Positions 47,287 to 57,545 of a stretch of DNA of 64,000 nucleotides are shown piece by piece. Both the position numbers and the translations under genes were made by a program. The notes beneath the pieces are model-generated. The model saw only the letters and a list, made by a program, of their open reading frames with translations. It searched no databases and had not been told where the DNA came from. Position 1 is the stretch's first letter; each line of letters starts with the position of its first letter. This stretch comes from an uncultured Candidatus Bathyarchaeia archaeon (GTDB taxonomy: Archaea; Thermoproteota; Bathyarchaeia; 40CM-2-53-6), in contig CAZLHM010000002.1 in NCBI GenBank assembly GCA_964559555.1, forward strand, positions 12,238 through 76,237. Reading direction: 5' to 3'.

Positions 47287-49019
47287 TATAACCTCACTTC
47301 CTTCTCGAAGGTTTGGCAGAACTCCTCAACGGTGAGAATGTCTGGAGGAATTCCCTTCCCTCTGGAGCGAAGTTCCTGTGCAAGCAGAGTAATCTGCGGA
47401 GGGATTAGGCGAAGTGATTTCAGCAATTCGATATCCTTCGTGAAGAGTTCTGCTGTTGACTCGTCTCGCAGAATGATTCCCTCATTCATGACCACGACCC
47501 GACTAGCGTATCTGGCAGTCACCTCCATGTCGTGAGTAACCATTATCACTGTGGCACTTTTCTCGACTAACTGCTTCAGTTTCGCCATGATGAGACCTAT
47601 CGTTGTGTGATCCATGCCAGACGTCGGCTCGTCGAACAGCACAAGCTCGGGCTTCATAGCGAATGCGGCTGAGACAGCGGTCAGCTGTTTTTCGCCCCTA
47701 CTCAGGTTCTCTGGCAATGCTTGCTCAAGACCTGCAAGCCCGAATTCCGTGAGAATGGAAGGAACCTCCGAACGAATCTGCTCGTCAGGAACGCTGAGAT
47801 TCCTCATACCATAGGCTACTTCCTCGCCGACGGTCTCACAAAATATCGAATTCGCGGGATTCTGAAACAGGAAACTTGTGATCCCCGCCATGTCCGAGAC
47901 CTTGATCCGGCTCATGTCCCTACCCTGAACCCGGACCCTGCCTTCTTCAACTCTTAGCAGTCCGTTCAGAGTCTTGAGAAGAGTGGACTTCCCCGATCCA
48001 TTCTGGCCAATTATCGCAAGGAACTCGCCCCGAGATACTTTGAGATTAACCCCCTTCAGAGCTTGGACAGGTCCAGGGTAGGTGTATTTGAGGTCCCTTA
48101 CCTCCACAACTGGCTGCAATCCTCCCCCGCTTGCCGTTCCAGCCCTGTGATGTCGCCCAACTGGCGCCTTCGCTTCAGGCAGAAGTCTGCAGAATGCTCC
48201 TGCAGCTTCTTTCACATGGATGGGGAATCTCTCAAATCTGTATCCGTCTTTCCTTAGTCTCCACGCAGTCTCCGTCACTTGAGGGATGAACGCGCCGATC
48301 TTGTACATTAGATCGACATCTTGGAAGACCTGACTTGGGCTTCCATCCTTGACTATCGTGCCTTCATCCATTACTATGACTCTGCTGGAAATCTCACTGA
48401 TCAAAGAGGACTTGTGATCAACCATGATAATTGTTGTACCATTTTCCGTGTTCAGTTTGCTCAAGGTGGAGTAGACCATCTGTGTTCCTAGAGGATCCAA
48501 GTCTGAGGTCGGTTCATCCAGTACAAGTATCTCAGGACCTGCGATCAAACCGCAGCCGATGGCAACGCGTTGCTTCTGACCTCCCGAGAGGTACATGGGA
48601 TTCCTTTCAAGCAGATCTTCTATCTCGACGGTGGCCGCGGTGGTCTTGATTCTCTCTCTTATCTCCTCGGCCGGGACTCCTAGGTTCTCAAGGACCATTG
48701 CCAAGTCGTCGCTTACTCGCATTTCGAAGAGCTGGGTCTCGGGATCTTGGAAGACCATCCCTACCTTCTTGGCCAGCTCGCTGATCTTGTGCGTCTTCGT
48801 GTCTAGGCCTGCGATCGTGACGATTCCTTCTAGAGTTCCTGCGAGATAGTGGGGAATTATCCCATTGATGCACTGACAAAGCAGGCTCTTGCCGCTACCG
48901 CTGGAACCAATAACGACGACAAACTCGCCGCTTCTCACGCTGAAGGTGATGTCCTTCAGCGCAGGCTCTTTCCTCTCTTCAGGTGTAAAAAAAACGTGGG
49001 AAAATTCGATCACGGACAA
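47286..49019 (-). CDS. ECF transporter fused A-A' ATPase
   Basis: Two Walker A motifs (GSSGSGKS, GQNGSGKS), FQDP/FQNP, LSGGQKQR and DEPT twice. Confidence 0.92.
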   Translation of the reverse strand: MSVIEFSHVFFTPEERKEPALKDITFSVRSGEFVVVIGSSGSGKSLLCQCINGIIPHYLAGTLEGIVTIAGLDTKTHKISELAKKVGMVFQDPETQLFEMRVSDDLAMVLENLGVPAEEIRERIKTTAATVEIEDLLERNPMYLSGGQKQRVAIGCGLIAGPEILVLDEPTSDLDPLGTQMVYSTLSKLNTENGTTIIMVDHKSSLISEISSRVIVMDEGTIVKDGSPSQVFQDVDLMYKIGAFIPQVTETAWRLRKDGYRFERFPIHVKEAAGAFCRLLPEAKAPVGRHHRAGTASGGGLQPVVEVRDLKYTYPGPVQALKGVNLKVSRGEFLAIIGQNGSGKSTLLKTLNGLLRVEEGRVRVQGRDMSRIKVSDMAGITSFLFQNPANSIFCETVGEEVAYGMRNLSVPDEQIRSEVPSILTEFGLAGLEQALPENLSRGEKQLTAVSAAFAMKPELVLFDEPTSGMDHTTIGLIMAKLKQLVEKSATVIMVTHDMEVTARYASRVVVMNEGIILRDESTAELFTKDIELLKSLRLIPPQITLLAQELRSRGKGIPPDILTVEEFCQTFEKEVRL

Positions 49020-49028
49020 GTCCGGATC

Positions 49029-49550
49029 TCACGGCTTGACTATCGAGCGTAGTCCCTTCTGAATTCGTTTGTTCTTCAAGATCAGAACTGCGATGAACGC
49101 CGCGATTACGTCCTGTGTGATGTCCTTCAAGGTTAGCGGGAACCATATCTCAAATGGATTGCCAAACATGAATATCATCGACAAGATGTCTCCAGGTGCT
49201 TCGCATATCGCTCCGATGACTCCTGCCCAGACTGGGTACTTCTTGAAGAAGCTCGTGAACTCGACGAGCGCTCCAGCTACTAGGCCCATCACGCCTGTCA
49301 GTATCAACGCGTATCCTATGAACCCGTACTGGAGGCCGAGCATGATCCCGCCCATGAGTCCCGATAGGAATCCCACTTTCCATCCTCTAGCATACGCCGC
49401 CAAGAAGACGGGGACCATCGTCATGGCGAACTTGATATTCAGCGGACCCGGTATTGCCAAGAAGCCTAGGATGTTTGCGAGTGCGCCCATCACAACGACA
49501 AGCGCAATGTCCCACGCAGAGAAAGGTTGCGATTTCCTTTCTGATGTCAT
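49029..49550 (-). CDS. ECF transporter S (substrate-binding) component
   Basis: 173-aa hydrophobic protein heading the S-AA'-T operon; G.KVGFLSG pattern. Confidence 0.8.
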   Translation of the reverse strand: MTSERKSQPFSAWDIALVVVMGALANILGFLAIPGPLNIKFAMTMVPVFLAAYARGWKVGFLSGLMGGIMLGLQYGFIGYALILTGVMGLVAGALVEFTSFFKKYPVWAGVIGAICEAPGDILSMIFMFGNPFEIWFPLTLKDITQDVIAAFIAVLILKNKRIQKGLRSIVKP

Positions 49551-49947
49551 TTTCGATCACTCCTCTCAGAATGGCCAAGTTAATGTGACGATGTACAGAC
49601 AGATTGCGAGCGCCACGACAATGATAAGGTAGCTCAGATACTCAGCCGTTCTAGATTTTTTCTCTTCATCCATTCTGTCACTTCCATGTGGGGAAGGCAG
49701 AATGTATCTCCGACATGTTTTGTATTTAACGACTGTTGTGTGGAAGTAAACGAAGAGGCAGTTGTGGATTCGTCAATGAATTCGGGTTGCACAAGAAGAA
49801 GGCGAGAAAATAGTCGAGACTCAGCACTACTCACATTGCGACAATATGAGTTGCGCTTAATCTCGTCAGGGAATTGTTGAGTGTCGAGTTCTGGCAATCA
49901 CCTCTTGACAGCGTCGCCTTTGGTCAACGCGTTTCCGTATGAACTGT

Positions 49948-51279
49948 CTAAGCTTGGTCCCTCAGAACTGAATCCAGTATTTCGATGGCCCTATCCGCTT
50001 GTTCGTCTGTAGTCACCAGTGGAGCTCGGATTTCAAGGACATTGCCGTAACCCGGCTTACCCGAAATTCCGAGCAGGAGTCCTTTTTCCCTTGTCTTAAC
50101 GATAGCTTCTTCTGCCTCAGCTATCGCGGGTTCTTTGGTTCTCGTGTCCTTCACGAGTTCGACTCCGAGAAACACGCCCGCGCCTCTGATATCCCCGATC
50201 ATGCGCTGATTGCGTGCCATATCATTCAGATGTTTTCTTATTCGAGCGCCTAGTTCTCGGGCTCTGTCTGTGAGCTTCTCCTGTGTCACAACATCAACGA
50301 CAGCCGAGGCAGCGGCACACACTAGTGGACTGCCACCGTACGTAAAAACGTGCCAATGCTTATCCGGCAGATCTTCTGGCACCACATCAGATTTGATCAT
50401 TGTTGCCGATATTGGGAAACCGGACCCCATACCCTTCGCAGTCGTCACTATGTCAGGTCTGATGTCGAAGTAGTCGGAAGCCCAATACCTTCCTGTCTTG
50501 CCAGTTCCAGTCTGCACTTCGTCGGCTATTCGGAGCACGTTGTGTTTCTCGCAAATCTCTCTTATGATCTTGAAGTACTCCTTGGATGGGGGCGTGATGA
50601 CTCCGCCGTTGCCCTGTATGGGCTCGAAGATAAAAGCAGCAACATTAGTCGACCCGTACATTATCTGATGTTCCAGTATTCTGGCGCATTCGAAGTCGCA
50701 GTCTGGATATGACTTGCCGAAATAGCAACGGTAGCAGTATGCGTCGGGAATCTGGTGGAATCCTGGAAAACCCGGCATCGGAAACAAGGGTTGATTCCTC
50801 CAATACGACTGCCCTATGAGGCTCATCAGAGCGAGCGTGTCGCCATGGTAGGCGCGATAAAGAGAGATGATGTCGTGTTTCTTCTTCGCTATCATTGAGA
50901 ACTTGAGTGCGACCTCGTTTGCTTCGGATCCTCCAGAAGAGAACAGGGTTCTGCAATTGTCTCTCATGTCGCCCGGGGCGATCTTCGCGAGTTTCTCGGC
51001 GAGTTCTGTACGTGGGAGGTTGACATTGCTCGTGAAGCTGTGCACCAGAGAGGCGTCCAGTTGCTTCTTGACCGCTGCGATGACCTTTGGATGAGCATGT
51101 CCGATGCTATTGACTCCCGATGTCTGGCCGATCATGTCTAGGTATTCTTTTCCGTTGATGTCTTTGATTATCGCACCATAACCCTCAACGAATACTGGTG
51201 GAAGAACGCCCTTGGGCATACCGATGCCATAGAGGCAGTACTTCTCGTCCTTCTCTGCGTATGAATCCGCTGAAACCAA
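49948..51279 (-). CDS. Class-III PLP aminotransferase
   Basis: GSEANEVALK, YHGDT, EPIQGNGG, ADEVQTG and TTAKG. Confidence 0.92.
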   Translation of the reverse strand: MVSADSYAEKDEKYCLYGIGMPKGVLPPVFVEGYGAIIKDINGKEYLDMIGQTSGVNSIGHAHPKVIAAVKKQLDASLVHSFTSNVNLPRTELAEKLAKIAPGDMRDNCRTLFSSGGSEANEVALKFSMIAKKKHDIISLYRAYHGDTLALMSLIGQSYWRNQPLFPMPGFPGFHQIPDAYCYRCYFGKSYPDCDFECARILEHQIMYGSTNVAAFIFEPIQGNGGVITPPSKEYFKIIREICEKHNVLRIADEVQTGTGKTGRYWASDYFDIRPDIVTTAKGMGSGFPISATMIKSDVVPEDLPDKHWHVFTYGGSPLVCAAASAVVDVVTQEKLTDRARELGARIRKHLNDMARNQRMIGDIRGAGVFLGVELVKDTRTKEPAIAEAEEAIVKTREKGLLLGISGKPGYGNVLEIRAPLVTTDEQADRAIEILDSVLRDQA

Positions 51280-51294
51280 AGTCCTTCCCGACTT

Positions 51295-51702
51295 TCAGAT
51301 CTCGGGTGCAACCACGTGTATGGCCTTGACCACATGCTGAGTGTAGTTGACGTACTGGTGCTTGATTCCTTCCGGCACGAACATGACCTCTCCATCCTTC
51401 ACTTCGAACGTGTCCTCAGTCGCGGGCAGGAAAACAGCAATCGGACCGTTCAAGACATAGAGTGCTTCGTCTCCCTTGTGTATTTCAGGTTCGGATGACC
51501 TGACGCTTTCACCACCAGACGGGAGTTCGATGGTTGAGAAGTGTATGAAGTCATTGCTGACGTAGAATGTCTCGAGCATCGGGTGATCTTTCCCGTGGAT
51601 CACTTGGAGAGCATCGCGGCGTGTGATGAGGTAATGCTTGGGCGGCTTGACTCTTGCTTCCTTACCAGGCACCGGCCATTTTCCGATTGATTCGGGGCCC
51701 AT
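51295..51702 (-). CDS. Cupin-domain protein
   Basis: EIHKGDEALYVLNG...FVPEGIKHQY. Confidence 0.85.
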   Translation of the reverse strand: MGPESIGKWPVPGKEARVKPPKHYLITRRDALQVIHGKDHPMLETFYVSNDFIHFSTIELPSGGESVRSSEPEIHKGDEALYVLNGPIAVFLPATEDTFEVKDGEVMFVPEGIKHQYVNYTQHVVKAIHVVAPEI

Positions 51703-51713
51703 CTGGACCTACC

Positions 51714-52175
51714 TCATTCCACCTTGAACAGCTTGTGTCTAGTAGGGAACGGAGGCGCATGTGTTACACCCTTGCCGTAGATCTCAGGAGCAATCGCGTA
51801 CAAGAGCACGCACTCCTCATTCGTGAAGTTGTAGCCGAAGTGCCATGCTCCTGCAGGCTGCCAGACCACGTCGCCCTCATGTGCCTCGGTAACCTGCCCG
51901 GTTTCTGGATTGAACTGCGTGATTGTTCCTTTCAAGATCCAGTACACTTCGTCTCCTATGTGTACACTCTCTGGCAGGTACTTCGATCCCGGCGCTACCG
52001 TGAAGATTCCGAAGTGAAGTTTGTCAGTGCTCACGAACAGATGACTGAGGTTGCTGAAGTACGGTGTCCCTAATGGATGGCCGGATGCAGGCAGTACGAA
52101 CGCTTGTTCTTTCTTAATTAGTGTCGGTTTCTTCTCGTTCGGGGGAAACGGAAAATTTCCTATCTTCGTGGACAT
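51714..52175 (-). CDS. Cupin-domain protein
   Basis: SVHIGDEVYWILKG...QPAGAWHFGYN; start reassigned to ATG 52175. Confidence 0.85.
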   Translation of the reverse strand: MSTKIGNFPFPPNEKKPTLIKKEQAFVLPASGHPLGTPYFSNLSHLFVSTDKLHFGIFTVAPGSKYLPESVHIGDEVYWILKGTITQFNPETGQVTEAHEGDVVWQPAGAWHFGYNFTNEECVLLYAIAPEIYGKGVTHAPPFPTRHKLFKVE

Positions 52176-52398
52176 GCTGTCACTTTGACTGGGGACAATA
52201 GAGTCCTTCAACGGAATATAAGACTTGCCAGAAATCCACATCGTCAACCCAGGGCCGCGTTGCAGCTGGCTGATGGCATGTTTCTGGAACCTCTTTCTCA
52301 GTTCCCTGTGACTGCGTTCGGCAGAAATTTAAGATGATGAAAAGAGAAGAAAATTGACGCAGTCGCGATCCAGCCGGTAGAGTAGGAGTCGTAGAAGT

Positions 52399-52417
52399 TA
52401 AAGAAAAATAGGAGAGA
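52399..52417 (-). terminator. Pyrimidine/oligo-T tract after the APC permease
   Basis: Minus strand reads TCTCTCCTATTTTTCTTTAA just after the stop, resembling an archaeal T-rich terminator. Confidence 0.4.
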
Positions 52418-52426
52418 ATCGGAATT

Positions 52427-54052
52427 CTATGCAGGCGGAATTTCTTTGAAGGCCATCTCGACAGGGATTCCCTGTCTCTTTCTATAGATGGCGGCAACAT
52501 AGTACAGTACTAGGCCTATCACAGCAGCACCGACGAATATCATCAAGGCGTTCTCCCAAGGACCTAGGCCTAGGCTTGGGAAATTGAGGTACAAGTATGC
52601 ATTGAATATGCAGACGATCACTGCGACAATTCCGGCGAACGATATGAGTGGCAGAGGCCCCAGCTTGAGGTTCTTTATTGGAGAAGCCTCGTATGCTTCC
52701 TTCTTCCTCCACGGGAAGAATATTGCCGTAATCGACGTCAAGGCGACGTTTCCCACCCATATGTACATGCTGCTTGCTGCGAGGACAGGAAATACTAGCG
52801 CTGGATTGTAGACGACACCCACCAAGACGAGCCAGAATAGGATACATGCAAACACAGTCGCGTACACTGGTGTGTGATATTTCGGATTGACTTTGCTTAG
52901 GACGGATGGCGTCAGCCTATCGAACGACCATGAGAACACGTACCTTGTCGAAAGCATCATCGCAGGAATCATGATGACCAAGGGCCAGAACATGAATGTG
53001 ACCGCGACGATGAACTGAATGGCTGGGTTTCCGTAGAGGATGGCCATGAGGAAGTTAGAGAAGGGTGGGACCGGCAAGGGGTATTCGCTTGGGAAGACAG
53101 TCCATATCCAAGCTGCGGATGCCAAGAACTCGTATCCGATCACGTTGAACAGTACGAATAGACCTCCTATCATCAGCAAACCGTTGAAGATTGTTGGACC
53201 TATCATGATGCCAAGCTGCCTCTTTGCACTGTCAGCTTTCTTCACTTCACCCGCCCAGAAGGACGAGAAGAATCCCCAGCAAGTGGATGACGTTCCTACC
53301 GCGATCAGTCCAAGGGTCATGGTGCTATCATAGCCTGCTGGGAGAGACAGCTCCAGCTCCTTTGCTTTGTCTATGAACCACTGATAGGAATTCGTTGAAC
53401 CTGTATACTGGTTCGCGAGCGCGTTGAAATGAGCTACGAAATCTGCTCTGCTTGAGAGTGCAAGACCTGCTAACCCTATCACCATACCGATGAGACCAAG
53501 TATGAAGAAAAGATCGTTTAACCTGAACAGTACCTTGACTCCGACGGTTGTGATCAGTCCCACGAATATGATGAGTATCGTGCCCAAGACGAAGATCCCG
53601 TCAGGGCTCGCAGCCCACGCAGCCGCGCTCACCAAGGATGGGTCGTTGAATGCAAAGCCTAGGACGGCCAAAGGTGCATAGACGCAGATCTGTCCGAACC
53701 AGTATAGAACGAGTCCGAAGTATATTATCTCGAAGAAGAGGAAGTTCGTGCTCGCCATGAATCCTATGGCAGGATGAAGCGATCTACTCAGGAACAGGTA
53801 GTCGCCACCGGATCGCGGATACACTGCTGAGAACAACGCGTAGACCATGACGTGCCATATCGACATGAAAGTACCTATCGCCACAGCTGTGATGAGGTCA
53901 CCGCCTGGTAGCGCGAAGAGTGCCCAGAAGACGCCGTATGCGAGAGATAGACCGATTGGGCCGGATATCGTAGTGTTAGCGACAAAAGCGTCGAAGGCAT
54001 TAAGATCACGTACTAGTCCACTAGCTCTTCTAACGAAGACTTTTTCTGTCAT
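52427..54052 (-). CDS. APC-family amino acid/amine permease
   Basis: FVRRASGLVR, YPRSGGDYLF, GEVK and RYVFSWSFDR; many TM helices. Confidence 0.92.
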   Translation of the reverse strand: MTEKVFVRRASGLVRDLNAFDAFVANTTISGPIGLSLAYGVFWALFALPGGDLITAVAIGTFMSIWHVMVYALFSAVYPRSGGDYLFLSRSLHPAIGFMASTNFLFFEIIYFGLVLYWFGQICVYAPLAVLGFAFNDPSLVSAAAWAASPDGIFVLGTILIIFVGLITTVGVKVLFRLNDLFFILGLIGMVIGLAGLALSSRADFVAHFNALANQYTGSTNSYQWFIDKAKELELSLPAGYDSTMTLGLIAVGTSSTCWGFFSSFWAGEVKKADSAKRQLGIMIGPTIFNGLLMIGGLFVLFNVIGYEFLASAAWIWTVFPSEYPLPVPPFSNFLMAILYGNPAIQFIVAVTFMFWPLVIMIPAMMLSTRYVFSWSFDRLTPSVLSKVNPKYHTPVYATVFACILFWLVLVGVVYNPALVFPVLAASSMYIWVGNVALTSITAIFFPWRKKEAYEASPIKNLKLGPLPLISFAGIVAVIVCIFNAYLYLNFPSLGLGPWENALMIFVGAAVIGLVLYYVAAIYRKRQGIPVEMAFKEIPPA

Positions 54053-54265
54053 CGGAATTTTCCCGGTCTGGTAACGCCCGTCTCAATGTTGATAAAGCTT
54101 TGCACAGAAGAACCTGATCTTTCGAATCTAGTGCGACGATCACAATACGCGCTTGTTGTTCTCATGTGATTCAATGTAATTCGTACTGCTGACGCCTGAA
54201 GCTTCGAACCAAAGGCCTATTTATCGTGCTGGCGTCCCTATCGGCAGTCTTCGGATAGTGTCCCA

Positions 54266-55495
54266 ATGTCCAAGGAGATGGATCTCGAACAGCTTATTGA
54301 GAAAGATGCTACGTTCGTTGCCCAGACAATCCCGGGATGCAAGAGACCTCTGGTAATGGAAGAAGGCCGGGGAATCTATGTCAAGGACATTTCAGGCAAG
54401 GAGTACATTGACTGCACAGCAGGGATCTCCGTAAACAACCTCGGCCACGGGCATCCCAAGATCTTGGAAGCGATCCGAAGACAATCCGAGAAGATACTAC
54501 ATACCTACCCGTTTGGAAATTTCATATCCAGGCCACAGGTCGAACTCGCAGAATTGCTCGCGAAGATTGCTCCCGGGCGAGTCTCGAGGACTTTCTTCTG
54601 CAACAGTGGAACAGAGGCAACTGAGGGGGCATTGAAGCTTGCGAGAAAGTACACCATGAGGAAGTGGTTGATCTCGTGCGAGAAAGCATTTCACGGAAGG
54701 ACTCTGGGTTCGACGAGCGTGACATGGAAGGAGATCTATCGGAAGCCCTTTGAGCCGCTGCTTCCCGCCTGTCAGTTCGTGCCCTATGCCGATGCTGACG
54801 CTCTTGAACGCGCAATAACGGACGACACAGCTGCCTTCATCGTGGAACCTGTACAAGGTGAAGCAGGCTTCATCGTTCCACCAGACGACTACTTGCCCAA
54901 GGTCAGGGAGATATGCAATAAGCACGGTGCATTGCTTATCATCGATGAAGTTCAAACTGGCTTCGGTAGAACTGGAAAGATGTTCGCTTGTGAGCATTGG
55001 AATGTTACTCCTGACATAATGACGTTAGGCAAAGCCCTGACGTGCGGAGGAATCCCAATGGGGGCATTCATGTCGACTCCTGAAATCATGGACTCGTTCA
55101 GATGGCCTCCACTATCGCACTGCACGACCTATGGTGGACACGCCCTCGCATGCGCCGTGGCAAAGGCAGCTGTTGAAACAACCATAGCCGAAAAGCTCCC
55201 CGAGAAAGCCGCTGAGCGAGGTACCTACTTCAAGAAGAGGCTTGGCGAACTGCAGGAGGAGTTCCCGAGTCTAGTCAATGAGGTCAGAGGTCTTGGTCTA
55301 ATGCTTGGTGTTGCCTTTAGAGACACAGGCGTGGCTGACGCCTTCGTGAACGGCTGTTTCGAGAAAGGGGTCATTGTCATATGGACGATAAACTCAGCTA
55401 ACGCTATTCGGATATCTCCGCCTCTAATCGTGACCAAGGAGCAGATAGATGAGGTAGTATCGAGATTCAGGGAAGTCCTGAAAGACATACGCTAG
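54266..55495 (+). CDS. Class-III PLP aminotransferase (putrescine/acetylornithine-like)
   Basis: NSGTEATEGALK, FHGRT, EPVQGEAG, DEVQTG and TLGK. Confidence 0.92.
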   Translation: MSKEMDLEQLIEKDATFVAQTIPGCKRPLVMEEGRGIYVKDISGKEYIDCTAGISVNNLGHGHPKILEAIRRQSEKILHTYPFGNFISRPQVELAELLAKIAPGRVSRTFFCNSGTEATEGALKLARKYTMRKWLISCEKAFHGRTLGSTSVTWKEIYRKPFEPLLPACQFVPYADADALERAITDDTAAFIVEPVQGEAGFIVPPDDYLPKVREICNKHGALLIIDEVQTGFGRTGKMFACEHWNVTPDIMTLGKALTCGGIPMGAFMSTPEIMDSFRWPPLSHCTTYGGHALACAVAKAAVETTIAEKLPEKAAERGTYFKKRLGELQEEFPSLVNEVRGLGLMLGVAFRDTGVADAFVNGCFEKGVIVIWTINSANAIRISPPLIVTKEQIDEVVSRFREVLKDIR

Positions 55496-55509
55496 ACGGA
55501 CTTCGAGAC

Positions 55510-56463
55510 CTAACCAGAAGTAAAGAGGTAGTCCTTGAAACCCTTCTCATGAAGGTCCACTAGTACACCTCTCAAGATCAGTTCGGAGTACTCGCTTCCT
55601 GCGTTCAGACACAGTGTTCTTCCCAGTCTATACGCTCCTTTCGACTCGTGTATGTGTCCATGAAGCCCAAGCAATGGTTGATACCTCTCGATGGTTTCCC
55701 GCACCGCCTGCGAGCCAACGTGAATCATCGTGATGCCGCCACGCTGAATTACGGGTCTGAGGTCTTTGTCGAGTTTCGGCGCCACATCTAGCTCAGTTCC
55801 ATAGGGTGGGCAGTGTAAGCAGAAGATGGCATTCTTCATGTCCTTGACTTGACTGGTCATTGCTTCCAGTCTTTCTCTGAGGGCATCCTCGCTGACATCC
55901 CTAGGGCAATTCCACGGCGTCACGTTGGCGAATCCCGAGCTGATCATCTCATGATGGGGATCGATCTCGACTACTTTCCCTTCAGGGTTGATGGCGTATT
56001 CGGACTTCTCCAGAATCGGATCGATCTCATGTCGATCATCGTTTCCTGGAACGATGTAGCATTCTATGCCTGTTCCTTTCAGTTTCTCTGCCACTATGCC
56101 CAGCCATCGTTCCAAAGTCACGTTCATGAGGTTTGAAAAGAGCTTGTCGACTCTCTCGGGATCAGCGTTCAGCTCTTCCATTTCCTTCTGAGTCGTCCGG
56201 TACGGATAGTACCCAGTATCCCTGATCCTCTTCTCGATCTTGTCAGTCTCTTCCTTGCTCTTTAGGACGTGATCTATGCCCATGAAGTTCGTCGTGTAGG
56301 ATCCATCAGATGTCTCGACTAACGGCACTATCATTTTGCCGGTGATGTCGCCGCCTAATATGATCGCATTCGCGTTGTAGAATTTCCCCGAGGCTACGAA
56401 CTTGAGGAAGCATACTTCGGAGCCATGGATGTCTGTAGTGAAGTAGATTCGACTCTTAACCAA
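55510..56463 (-). CDS. Calcineurin-like metallophosphoesterase
   Basis: TDIHG, GGDITGK, PGNDD, HCPP and HGHIHE. Confidence 0.88.
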   Translation of the reverse strand: MVKSRIYFTTDIHGSEVCFLKFVASGKFYNANAIILGGDITGKMIVPLVETSDGSYTTNFMGIDHVLKSKEETDKIEKRIRDTGYYPYRTTQKEMEELNADPERVDKLFSNLMNVTLERWLGIVAEKLKGTGIECYIVPGNDDRHEIDPILEKSEYAINPEGKVVEIDPHHEMISSGFANVTPWNCPRDVSEDALRERLEAMTSQVKDMKNAIFCLHCPPYGTELDVAPKLDKDLRPVIQRGGITMIHVGSQAVRETIERYQPLLGLHGHIHESKGAYRLGRTLCLNAGSEYSELILRGVLVDLHEKGFKDYLFTSG

Positions 56464-56645
56464 GTGATCTCCTCATACTCGCCGAGGCGAATTGCCGCCG
56501 CTGAATCGCTAATAAGAATTTCTACGCTTACCCACCGTTTGTCGAGTCTGCCCCATCGTCTACGGAAGAACGCAGTATCCGGTTGAACGCCCCCGCCAAA
56601 GACTAAATATTCCAGCCAAGAAACGCCGGGGGGGATCTGATCTCG

Positions 56646-57488
56646 TTGACAATGCAGCTGTCTGCCTGTATGCATTGTTTTCCGATGTATTCCGTCGAGA
56701 AGACAATAGAGATTACTGCTGAGCTCGGTTTCAGGATGATCGAGCTCGCGGCCGTCAGGCCGCACATATACTATCCCGAAGACCACACGAAGGACGACGT
56801 TAAGAGAATCGGCGAGCTTGTGCGGTCTGCTGGCCTGAGAACCGTTGCATTGCATACGGACGACGGAAGCGCTTTCGTCTCGAACCTGACACACTACAAT
56901 GAGAAAGTTAGACGGTGGAAGATCAACAACCTGAAGACCAACGCTGAATTGGCATCTATGTTGGGAACGCGGATAATCTCCACTACGCCAGGGTACTATC
57001 TGGCGGTTGGCACCAAAAAGGAGAGGGCGTGGGAATGGGCCAAGCAGGGACTGTCCGAAGCGGCAAGGACATGTGCAAACTACGGTGTGACAATCGCCCT
57101 TGAACCATGTCCTGGCACGATCGTGGAGGACTCGAGCGATGGGTTATCGATGGTCGAGCAGATAGGCTCGGACAATGTCAAGCTGCTCTTGGACACGGGT
57201 CATGCGATGATGACATTTCACAGCAGCTGGAGAGAAACCGGACCTCATCCAGTCGACGCTATACATGATCTAGGAGATCACCTTGTGCATGTACATCTTG
57301 ACGATAACAATGGAGTGCTGGACGAGCACCTTGTTCTTGGCACGGGGGTCATTGATTTCGAAGCCGTGCTGAATGCCTTGCGCCGAGTTCGCTACAAGGG
57401 TGATCTTTCGATAGAGATCGTGGTTCGAGATCCGAGGAAGGGTTTCAAGGACAGCAAACGCTACATCGAGCAGTTACTAAAGTCCTGA
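56646..57488 (+). CDS. Sugar-phosphate isomerase/epimerase TIM barrel (FrlC/DTE-like)
   Basis: IELAAVRPH, ALEP, LDTGH, HVHLDD and SIE. Confidence 0.82.
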   Translation: MTMQLSACMHCFPMYSVEKTIEITAELGFRMIELAAVRPHIYYPEDHTKDDVKRIGELVRSAGLRTVALHTDDGSAFVSNLTHYNEKVRRWKINNLKTNAELASMLGTRIISTTPGYYLAVGTKKERAWEWAKQGLSEAARTCANYGVTIALEPCPGTIVEDSSDGLSMVEQIGSDNVKLLLDTGHAMMTFHSSWRETGPHPVDAIHDLGDHLVHVHLDDNNGVLDEHLVLGTGVIDFEAVLNALRRVRYKGDLSIEIVVRDPRKGFKDSKRYIEQLLKS

Positions 57489-57545
57489 ACAACTCATCCT
57501 AAGCTGTTTCACCTGAATCACTGTCCAGAGAAAACATGAGGGATC

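Noticed and set aside
49551..49947. Short ORFs (49634-49897, 49686-49880) or an ncRNA in this ~400-bp gap
   Set aside because: No recognisable motif or convincing fold; probably promoter/terminator sequence or decayed DNA.
8760..55495. General TAG recoding (pyrrolysine code)
   Set aside because: TAG ends many genes at their expected C-termini (8762, 23730, 37054, 38627, 44201, 45169, 55495), and no pyl genes are in the window.
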